From Emiliania huxleyi CCMP1516 (taxonomy: Eukaryota), in assembly GCF_000372725.1 (NCBI RefSeq), contig NW_005201338.1, positions 1 through 34,351 of the forward strand: DNA of 34,351 nt. Direction: 5' to 3'. The notes beneath the pieces were generated by a model. The model did no database searches. It saw only the letters and a program-made list of their open reading frames with translations, and was not told the origin of the DNA. Both the position numbers and the translations under genes were made by a program. The number at the start of each line of letters is the position of its first letter. Position 1 is the stretch's first letter. Below are positions 19,756-29,681 of this stretch, in pieces.

Positions 19756-22461
19756 CTAAGCGTCCCAGTCCTCGTCGGACGACTCGTCCGAGTCGCCAGC
19801 GAGCGCCGCGCGCCGCGCGAGGATCGCGGCAACCTACTCGCGCCCCACGCGGTGAGGGACCCGGGCGGGAGAGGCTGAGAGGTGGGGCGGTGGCGGCGCG
19901 GGCGGGGACGCACCGACACGCCCCCAAAGCCAACGCCCGCCGCCGCGGCCGCCGCCGGGGGCTTGGCACGCTGCTCTGACGTCACCTTGCGCAAATGCAC
20001 GGCGCCACCGCGGATGGCCGCCATGAGGTCTGAGCGCGCCTGCGAGGGGGGCGGGCGGGCGGGGCAAGCGTCCGTGAGCGCCAAGCTCGCGGACGTCGCA
20101 GCCGCTCAGGCGGCCGCACGTCGGTGCCGCCCGAGGCCGGCGCCTCCCGCTCCGGCCGCTCCGCAGCCTTCCGCAGCGTCGTGCCGCCGCGAATGGCCGC
20201 GAAGAGCGCATCGGCTCCAGAGGCAGCCGGCGGCGGCGGCGCGGCGGCCGCGGCCGCGGCCGGCCGCAGCTTTGCGCCGCCCCGAATGGCCGAGAAGAGC
20301 GCGTCGGCGCCCGCAGCTTGCGGAGGCGGAGGCGGCGGCGGCGGCGGCGGCGGCGGCGCTCCCGGCGCAACTGGCGGCGGCGGCGGCGGCGCGAGCGGCG
20401 GCGGCGCGAGCGGCGGCGGCGCGAACGGCGGCGGCGCGGGTGGCGGAGGCGCGGGCGGCGTCGTGGCTGCAACCGGTGCACGTGGAGTTGCGGATGGCGG
20501 CGGGGGAGCCCGCGGCGGCGGCGGCGGAGGCCGTGCCGTCCCAGTATGGGCCGGGGGCGGCGGTGGCTTTGGCAGCTGTGCCGGCGGCGGTGGCCTAACA
20601 GCATTCATTACAGTGATGCGATCGTGTCGGGAGTGGCGTCTGCGAGACTCCCAGCGGCTGCCTCTTTGAGGCTCCGGGCGGCGGCCTCGCAGGTGGCGGC
20701 TGGCTGGGCGGGGGCGGCTTGCTGGGCGGCGGCGGCGGCTCGCCCCCCGACAGGGCTGGAGGGCCTAGGGTTAGGGGTAGGGTTAGGGTTAGGGTTAGGC
20801 TCGCCCCCCGACAGGGCTGGAGGGCCTAGGGTTAGGGGTAGGGGTAGGGTTAGGGTTAGGCTCGCCCCCCGACAGGGCTGGAGGGCCTAGGGTTAGGGGT
20901 AGGGGTAGGGTTAGGGTTAGGCTCGCCCCCCGACAGGGCTGGAGGGCCTAGGGTTAGGGGTAGGGTTAGGGTTAGGGTTAGGCTCGCCCCCCGACAGGGC
21001 TGGAGGGCCTAGGGTTAGGGGTAGGGTTAGGGTTAGGGTTAGGCTCGCCCCCCGACAGGGCTGGAGGGCCTAGGGTTAGGGGTAGGGGTAGGGGTAGGCT
21101 CGCCCCCCGACAGGGCTGGAGGGCCTCCGAGCGGCGGCGGCGGCGGCTGCTGCGGCGGCGGCGCTGCGCCTCCGCGCGAGAAGGAAGCCGCGCCCGCGGC
21201 CGGCAAGCCCATCTGCTCCTCGAAGGTCATGAACTTTTTGCGCTGCACGCGCTTGGCCTTGCGGTCGACGGAAGCAGAGCCGACCTGCGGCGGCCGTCGG
21301 GCAAGCTTGACGCGCATGTTGCGTGTGCGTATGCTCGAGGCATCTCTTACGAATCCGATTGTCAGCTGCGGAGGTCGCGCGCGCGTGTGGCCTTGGCACT
21401 GGGCGGGCGCGCCTGCGCCGGGCGAGCGCTCCGCCTCGCCGCGCGCCTCGCCTTGCGCTCGTCGAGCAGCCGCCGCCGACGCGCCTGCAGCTCGCGCGCG
21501 CGTGTGCGGCGCACATCCTTTCGCAAACCGTTTGTGCGCGCGCGCGGCGGGGAGGGAGCCCGTCCGCCCTCAGCCGCTCTCGACGGGTGTCCGGCCGACA
21601 GTGCGGGCGCGAGGAGGCGGGGCGGGCGCAGGTGGAGGGGTTTGGCTGTGCGCCCCACGCCTCCTCCTCGGCAATCCACTGCTTGTGGAAAAAGTGCGGG
21701 TCCGAGAAGCCGTCGGCGCAAGACGGAGATATGCCGCACGCCGCGTAGATCTCGCGCAAGTGCACGTCCTCCTCTGCCGGCGGCGGCGCCAGCGCGTCGA
21801 GCCGCTGCAGCGCCGGCGGGGGCCGTGCCCGCTCCAAGGCGGCCACGACCCAAGGAGGCCTCGACGCCGCAGAGAAGAGGTGGCCGCTGCCTTCGGCGGG
21901 CGCGGCTCGGTAGTCGAGGCCGGTGCCCGCGTCGCACAGCTCCGTCGTCTCCTCGGGCGGCGCCGCAGACAGCGCGTCGTCCACCTACAGCTGGGCGCCC
22001 TTTCTGCATCCCGCACCACCTTTTGCATCCCGGAGAGGGGGCGGCGCGGGGGGGAGGTGCGGAGTCGCGCCTGCGCCAGCCGCTCGGTCACCCCGACGAG
22101 GCGGCCTCGGAGCGTGCCGAGCTGCTCGGAGCTCCGCGCCACCTGGCAGGTGGTTGAGCGGGTGAGCGATTGTCTGCGCGTGAATGACTGACTGCGGACG
22201 ACTCGCCACCTCTTCTCCGAGAGAGTCGAATAGGTCCGCCGCGACCGTGGAGAGCTGGCCGAGCTGCGATGGGAGGCGGCACGGGTGCGTGTGTGAGATT
22301 CGGTCCGGATCCGCAGAGGCAGCGGCAAGGCGGCCGGCCTGGTTGAGCAGGCCAACCATAGTCGCCATGGAGACGTCGCCCAGAAGCTCCTCTGGCGGCG
22401 AGCGGCGAAACAGGGCGTTGGCCCCAGGTGACGACAACGGGTCATTCAGGCTGATGGACAT
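19756..22461 (-). CDS. SCAR: SCAR/WAVE-family Arp2/3 nucleation-promoting factor, ~528 aa, 10 predicted exons: 22461-22339, 22263-22210, 22142-22071, 21984-21661, 21484-21413, 21284-21125, 20764-20662, 20594-20120, 20039-19914, 19833-19756
   Basis: WAVE-homology domain (TMVGLLNQLGQLSTVAADLFDSL; LFSAASRP...PPPALQRLD...FSDPHFFHKQW), a basic region and poly-Pro. Three WH2 motifs (ADALFSAIRGGAKLR, ADALFAAIRGGTTLRK, RSDLMAAIRGGAVHLRKV). C/A tail VAAILARRAALAGDSDESSDEDWDA*. The exon lengths sum to 1587 nt, in frame. Confidence 0.85.
20737..21126. repeat. Tandem array inside SCAR/WAVE: 7 copies of a 30-bp exon-derived block alternating with 6 telomeric TTAGGG/GTAGGG blocks (5 x 61 bp + 1 x 55 bp = 360 bp)
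   Basis: Block ggctcgccccccgacagggctggagggcct starts at 20737, 20798, 20859, 20920, 20981, 21042 and 21097. Confidence 0.97.
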
Positions 22462-22927
22462 GTAGGCGCTTGGGCGGCCCTCGCTCGCTTGACAGCCTTG
22501 CGCGACTTTTCCCTACCGAGAGCGGCTCGCCGACAAAATCGTGAAAAAACCATTCACAGCCTTGTTATTGAGAAGAAAATACGTCCGTGGCGCTGTGCGC
22601 TGGTCTGTGAGAGTTCACACAAACACACAACCCCGGACCCAAGACGCACAAGCAAGCACAGACAGTCGAGAAGGGAGAGACAGCAACGACAGTCAGAAGC
22701 CAGCGCTGGGTACCAGGAAGGCGAATGCGATGACGGCCTCTATTGTGAGCTCTAGCTAAATTTTTAGCAATACCTTAAAGAGAGGTTAGGGTAAGGTCCG
22801 TTAGCGGGAGATCGGCGGGAGCGGCGCACGTTTCGAATTCGGCGGGCGTTTCGAATTTGTCGACGGACCGTTTCAGGTCTCTCTCTGCGCTCCCGTATGA
22901 GCGAGGCTGCCGACGCTGCCATGATTG

Positions 22928-23780
22928 ACAATACCAAACAACTCTAACACTCACACGTCATTTGGGGCCTGGAGCCCCTGCACAATGATGTTTATGGTGC
23001 CCTGTTCACGCGCGCGCGAGACGTGCAGACAGGGTTGCCAGGTGAGAGCGAATGGCGCGGCGGTTCACGCCTCGCACAACAGAGAGAGAGATGCGCTCTG
23101 CATGGTGGGACATAAAAGAGAGCGAGTACTTGGGCGAGTAGGCCGTGCGGTCAACGCTGCCGCGCGCGACTTTGCGCGCGAGGCGGCGCAGCTTGAGAAC
23201 GGCGGTGGGCGAGAAGCCGCCGCCGAACGTCTCGTGGAGCAGCAGGTCAATACCAAACAACTCTAACACTCACACGTCATTTGGGGCCTGGAGCCCTGTT
23301 CACGCGCGCGCGAGACGTGTTGTTTTGCTAATTAGTGAGCTCGATTCACACAACAAATTGGAAGTTGGCAGGGACTGGCGCGCGTCCTCCCATCCCTCCC
23401 TTGGGTTGTGTGTTTTCTTTCTTTTTTTTGGCGCGCACTGGCACTAACACAGGTACACCACGCAAAAAGAATTCTGCGTTGGGACTGACTGGCACTACAT
23501 ATACTCGTAACACAAAAACAACACTAACCCTAGCGTCGACCGCACGGCCTACTCGCCCAAGTACTCGCTCTCTTTCATGTCCCACCATGCAGAGCGCATC
23601 TCTCTCTCTGTTGTGCGAGGCGTGAACCGCGCCATTCGCTCTCACCTGGCAACCCTGTCTGCACGTCTCGCGCGCGCGTGAACAGGGCACTCTTCCGTTG
23701 AAAATCTGTTTTCCACCAACCTTTAATCCAGGGCTCCAGGCCCCAAATGACGTGTGAGTGTTAGAGTTGTTTGGTATTGT
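22928..23780. mobile_element. Foldback/MITE-like element with ~230-bp interrupted inverted arms
   Basis: 22928-22980 is inverted at 23729-23780. 22997-23158 is inverted at 23532-23690, near-identical. A third partial direct copy lies at 23248-23319. No TSD or transposase seen. Confidence 0.7.
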
Positions 23781-23906
23781 TAAAAATCTCTCTCTGTAAC
23801 ACAGGCTTTAAGAATTTTTACTGACTGGCGCTTACTGCCACTGGCACTAACACACAGGCTTGCAAGAAGAATTTTAGGCAGTGCTGATGTGCTGTGTACT
23901 GCGCAG

Positions 23907-24016
<110 letters not shown>

Positions 24017-24902
24017 TCTTCTTCTTGGTGTGCCGATGTGTGTGCTAGTGTGCGCCAGTCCACGACCTTGTCGTTTCTTTTACGCAGTGCGCGCCAGTCC
24101 CGTGCCCAGTGTTGTGCGAGGGAGCTTTGTTGTAAAATTCTTCTAGCACGCGCCAGTTCGCACCTGTGTCGAGCCTGTGTGCTGTGAGAGAGAGTTCGAT
24201 TGTTTAAATTCTTTTACGCGGAGTTGCGTTGTTCAATAAGCGCCGCCGCGGAAGCGACGGCGTGACTGTCGGCGGTGCGTGTCCCACGGTCTCGTCGCAG
24301 ATAGCCGCGCAGCGGCTATGTAGGTTATCCGACAACGCGAGGAGAGGAACCGACAAACTCAACCCACCGTGAGGGGGGAACCGTGACTCAATCGTCACCA
24401 AACTAACGTTCCGCGCGCGCGCGCTGAAACGAGCGTTTGTCGGACCCTCGCGCTTCTAGGCGCCCGAGTCATGTTCGCGTCAGACGTGTTGTAATGTGTG
24501 TGTGTGTGTGTGTGTGAGCGCGTCGGGCCTCTTATTTGGGCGCCGACGCTCGGGGTCGTCTGGCAACGGCACCGGGAGCTCGAGACGCAGCTCTCGGGGC
24601 CAGCCAACCCAGGAGTCGATTTTAGGACCAATCTCAATAACAATCTATATCAGCATGAACAACGGGGACTCGGACGCGATGGATAAAGCACGCGAGCCGC
24701 GACAGCCGACACGCTGTTCTTTCTCGCGATCGTTTTTCAGCGACAGCCGATAGGTTTTTCTCGGAGAGGTACTGATCATCAAGCGGAGATCCAACCATCA
24801 TGGCACCCTCATCCGGCAAACATCCCCCTCACAGAGTACAGAGAATGCCTCGCACCAAGTACACGGAATGCCACCTGGGGAAGGTAGCGAGCGCCCCGGG
24901 CG

Positions 24903-27900
24903 TCACCAGAGCAGGATTGAGAACCCGCGCGGCCGCGACAGCGGGCCCGCCGACCAGCTGCTTGAGTCCTCCTCCTCCTCCGCCTCGGCGCGGCCCGAGC
25001 GCCGCACGATGTAGTGCGCCAGATAGCCGCCGATCGGGAGGCCCACGACGAAGCCGATGAAGCCGGCCGTCGTGACGAACGGCACGAGGATGGCGGGCAC
25101 GGGGTCGACGAGCAGCACGATGATGCCCGTGAGGCCGGCGGCCACGGCGGAGCAAAAGGCCAGCGTGAGTGTGAACGCGAGGAAGGCCAGGATGACCCTG
25201 CGGCCCGTGGCGCCGCGGGGCGTCGGCGGCGTCGTGGCGTCGGGCCTCGTCGCCAGCAGCTTGAAGAGAGCGTAGTAGGAGCGCTTGGGCAGGCTCACCA
25301 GCACCTCGATGAGCAAGCCGGCCGCGAGCAGGAAGACAAGCAGGCGGATAGCGGCGAGCTTGAGCACAGAGTCGACGCCGACCATGTAGTGCAAGCACCA
25401 CGTCGCGCGCCAGAGGATGGCGAAGATGCCCAGGATGGCGCAGATCATCGGGCCCTGCGCTCCGGTGGCGAGAGAGACGTAGGCGAGGAGGAACGGGCCG
25501 ATCCCGACAAAGACAGCCCACCGCCACGGGTCGTCATTGTACGGGCAGCCGGTCGCGGCGAGCGCGCCGACGAGCTGCACAGAGGCGGCGGTGGCGAGCA
25601 GCAGCCTGTAGGAGCGTGGCAAGTGTCCGCCCGCCAAGGGCTGCTGCGTCGTGCGCGAGTGGCGGCGGATCTGGAGGAGCGACACCGCCGTCATGGCGAG
25701 CGTCGTCATCACCGCCGAGCAGAGCACGACGTAGACGGTCTGCGCGCGAGACCGCCAGATGCAAGGGTGCCACAAGGAGAGCCAGACCGCCGCGTCGCCG
25801 CCCTCGGCGGACACGCCGCCGGGACAGAACTCCTTGTGGTAGTCGTCGCACGGCACCACGCACACGAGCAGCCGCTGCCCCGCCACGCCGCGAGGGTGCC
25901 GGATGCGCAGCCGCGAGCTCCCCACCTGCTCGATGTGCCCAAGGGAGGCGGGCGCGTCCGCCGCACCCGGTGCCGCCTCCTCGGCCGCGAGTCTCCTCGC
26001 GCCCGAAGCCGCACCCGCCGCAGCAGCCGTCTGGTCGAGGTACTCGCGCGGCTCCAGCTTCGACACGAGAACGGCAAACCCGTCCGGAAAGTGGAGCGGG
26101 GCGGCGAGGTGGACCTCGGTGGTGCGCCCCTCGTCCGAGTCGGCGTCGGCCGCCTCGTACTCGAGGACCATCACTCGCCACCCGGCGCTCCACACCATGA
26201 GCAGCGGCCGCCCTGCGACGGCCTGCGCGAACGGCGTGGCGATGACGCGCAGCTTCTCCTCGGCGAGGAGCCCGTCCTTCGGGTAGAGGGAGAAGCCGCC
26301 GCCGGACGACGTGTGGTCCTCGAAGTTCTTGTACTGCCAATAGAAGCGCGAGACCAGAAACTCGTCGGCGACGGTGCCGGCGCGCGCAATCTCCGCGAGG
26401 CAGGCCGAGCCGTGCCGGTCCGCGCAGTCGGCGCCGGTCGATCCGAGCGAGCCGTACTCGGAGAGCAGCGAGCCGCTGCGCTGCTGCTTGGCCGAGAAGT
26501 CCTGCACCGCGAAGAGGTGGCGGTGGTAGATCGCGCACAAGAAGGAGAGGTGCGGAGTCACGTTCGGCGCCCACCAGCAGTACGAGTGCCACGAGAAGGC
26601 CTCGCGCGACTCGTCCGGCTCGTCCGGCTCGAGCCGCTCGCCCAAGAAGCCAGACGACCACACGTCCCACATGACCGGCTCGTACGCCACGATGTGCCGC
26701 TTATTGACGGCGCGGATGGCGGCGACCACGTGCCGGTAAAAGGGCAGCAGCAGGTCCCTTTCGGCGGCGGGCGAGTTGAACCACCAAGACATGAAGAGGG
26801 AGTAGTTACCGGGGTCATTGGTGTCGCCGGGCCACGGCTCGTTCATGAGCTCGAGCGCGAGCACCGCCGGCTCGTCCGCCAGCGCCTCGGCGACGTGGGC
26901 CCAGTGCTCCTCGAAGGCGCGTCGGACGCCGCCGCCGTCCGTGTACAGCGCCTGCGCCGTCTTCGTCTGCGAGTTTGTGCTGTAGTACTCGAAAAAGTCG
27001 CGGTTCGTGCACTCCTTCAGCTGCGGGTACAGCCCCGCAGCGTCGAGCAACTTGAAAACCTCGGTCGAAGTCTGGGCATCTCCAGCCAGCTCGACGGCGC
27101 ACCAGTCGCCCCTCTGCCACGCAACGGAGCCGCCAATTCTGCGGATCGCCGGGGGGGTCGGAGGCGTCGGCGAAGGGGGCGATGGCAGAGGCGTTGGCGA
27201 CGGCAGCGGCGGCGACGGCAGCGGCGGCGACGGCAGCGGCGGCGACGGCAGCGGCGGCGACGGCAGCGGCGGCGACGGCAGCGGCGGCGACGGCAGCGGC
27301 GGCGCCGGCAGCGGCGGCGACGGCAGCGGCGGCGACGGCAGCGGCGGCGACGGCAGCGGCACGGGCAGGGGTGCCGCCGCCACGCAGCAGTGATACCCGT
27401 CGCAAGCGACTCGCGGGCAGCCTGCCGCCTCATAGTCCGTCATGCAGCAAGCCTGGCCGGGGCCGCAATAGTCATCGCACGGCCCCGCCGCGCCGCCACA
27501 CCCGTCCCAGCAGTTTGCAGGCTCGCTGGGCGATGTCGCCGGCGGAGGAGGCGGCACCGGAGACGGGAACGGCGGGACAGCGAGAGGCGCTGGTGGTGGC
27601 GCAGGCAACGGTGAAGGTGCCGCCGGGACGCAGCAGTGATACCCGTCGCAAGCGACTCGCGGGCAGCCTGCCGCCTCATAGTCCGTCTTGCAGCAAGCCT
27701 GGCCGGGGCCGCAATAGTCATCGCACGGCCCCGCCGCGCCGCCACACCCGTCCCAGCAGTTTGCAGGCTCGCTGGGGGGCGGTGATGGCGGAGGAGGCGG
27801 CACCGGAGACGGCGGCGACTCCGGAGAAGGGGGCATGGGCGGTGGCGGAGGCAGAGGCTCCGGTCTAGCCGGCGGCTCTGGTGCAGGAACGCAGCAGTGA

Positions 27901-29084
27901 TACCCGTCGCAAGCGACTCGCGGGCAGCCAGCCGCCTCGTAGTCCGTCTTGCAGCAAGCCTGGCCGGGGCCGCAATAGTCATCGCACGGCCCCGCCACGC
28001 CGCCACACCCGTCCCAGCAGTTTGCAGGCTCGCTGGGGGGCGGTGATGGCGGCTCGGCGCTGCCGTCTCCCCACGGGTTCCAGCCACGACGGGAGTTGAC
28101 TTCCTCGGTCCCGATGTCAAAGAATGCCGCCGGCTCCAGACCCAGGAGTGGAGAGGGGAAATCGCCAAAGGGCGGCGGCTGGCTGGTGTTGCGCAGCGCG
28201 TCGTCGACGGCCCAGTCGGGCATACCTGCGAGGAGTGGCGCATCGGTCGCACAGGCGGGGCGCGCGAGGCAAACAGTGTGACCCAGCCGCAGGCGGAGCG
28301 AGCGCGCCGTTGCCACAAAAGCGGCGCGAGAGCACGTCCGAGTGGAAGTCGATGACAACGTGAATGCCTGGACGAGCGGGCAGCGGCGTAAGGTCTTGTC
28401 AGTACGAGCCGATTGAGCACACGAAAAAACGCGGCGGCGGGAGGCGGGCACCATGCTCCTCGCACACCGTCACAATCTCCTGCACCCTCTTGATGTAGCC
28501 CGGGTCCGCTACGCCGCGCCGCGCCGGAAAGGTTCCCGCCCAGAGGACGCCTATCGTTGGGAGCAACGCTTCGCTTGGCGTCGGCCGGGCCATGGCGAAG
28601 CCGCGCGCGCTGCTGCCGGCACCCAAGCGGATCGCGTTGAACCCCCACGCCGACAGGTTGGCGGCATCGGCCTCGCCGAACGACGTCTCCGCGTCCCATT
28701 CGCCCGCGTCGGGAAGGTGCGGCGCCGTCTTGAAGACCACGTTGAGCCCGTGAAAGAGCCGCACACGGCCATCCTCATCAACAAAGTGCGCCGTCGCGGG
28801 GTCCGAGCGGATCCACTGCGCCTTTCGGGACGCCTAGGGAACGATGCGACGGTGACGGAGGCTCGCCCTTTTGCATCCACCCCAGCGTGATCCCGCGCCG
28901 GCGGGGTGCCAGTGACCACAGCCTTTGGCCGCAGGGCGTACGAGTCGAAGGCAAAGAGGTAGAGGAGCGGAGCGCCCAAGCCGGCGCCGGCGGCGAGGAT
29001 CAATGCAACGCAGACGTGACCCGTCCGCAGCGTGTTTGACGACGAGGCGGGCGCTGTCTCGGCGGCCCCAGGAGTGGTGAACAT
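24903..29084 (-). CDS. GH5 endoglycoceramidase-like glycoside hydrolase with N-terminal TM, internal Cys-rich/Pro-rich insertion and C-terminal multi-TM region; introns ~28880-28834 (uncertain), 28622-28551, 28451-28368, 28307-28226 (GC-AG)
   Basis: After splicing: HFVDEDGRVRLFHGLNVVFK, WGFNAIRLGVLWAG, GIHVVIDFHSDVLSRRFCGNGMPDW, acid/base ELMNEPWPG, FSWHSYC, nucleophile LLSEYG, FYWQYK, PFAQAVAGRP (EGCase C-terminal beta domain). Confidence 0.85.
27199..27360 (-). repeat. Coding 15-bp minisatellite (PSPPL)n, ~11 copies
   Basis: (gacggcagcggcggc)n on the + strand. Confidence 0.9.
27381..28031 (-). repeat. Three near-identical 144-bp coding repeats, each a 48-aa 10-Cys module (27888-28031, 27627-27770, 27381-27524)
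   Basis: EPANCWDGCGG(V/A)AGPCDDYCGPGQACC(K/M)TDYEAAGCPRVACDGYHCCV x3, separated by Pro-rich linkers. Confidence 0.95.
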
Positions 29085-29681
29085 AGCGACCCGGCGCCTT
29101 TGCGTCGGCACACGACTCCGGCGCGAGACGTGGCGATGTGGCAGCAGCGTTCGCCGTCCTCGGTCCGGCTCCAGCGGCGGCTAGAAGCGGCAAGGCGAGA
29201 CCTCGCTGCTACTCGAGTACCGAGTACAGTTCAGACTCTGCTCGTTCTCAGGGAGGGGCATAGTCCCGTTCACACCCTCACTTAGGCATGAGCGCCCGAA
29301 ACTTGAACGGCGGGCGCTTGACGAATCCGAGGGGGGGACGGGGGCAGCAACGGCTGCGGCCCCGAGAGTCGAATTGGCAACTCATAGTTCGAACTGGCGA
29401 CTCATAATGAAACTTGCCGAAATCGCCCTGTGGGGGCGGCAGCGGCGACCGCCCCGGGGGCGGCAGCGGTGACCGCCCCGGGGAATATGTTTAGCGACTC
29501 CCACCCCCAAGGAAGTTCTGATAGACATGTCCAGGACTCTGTGGCTGAAGTAGCGTGTGCGTCGAAGCCACAAGAGGGCTGGCTACGTCAGAGAGTTAGG
29601 GGGGGGGGGTTCGCGTATTTTGTTTTCTTAATAGTTCTGGGAGCAAACGATTCCACAGCGTACTGGTCGTGAAGAGGCGCG

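Noticed and set aside
20737..21126. CRISPR-like look (constant 30-bp repeat with spacers)
   Set aside because: The spacers are all telomeric repeats rather than unique sequences, the context is a eukaryotic intron, and there are no cas genes.
25014..27614. 866-aa + strand ORF and many other long overlapping ORFs (e.g. 5794-7008, 9956-11239, 12409-13509)
   Set aside because: Antisense or alternative-frame shadows of real genes in very GC-rich DNA. They are Arg/Ala/Gly-rich with no motifs.
29431..29483. Two tandem 25-bp GC hairpin units upstream of the 1118-aa ORF as an element terminus
   Set aside because: Real but short. No matching partner end in the window.
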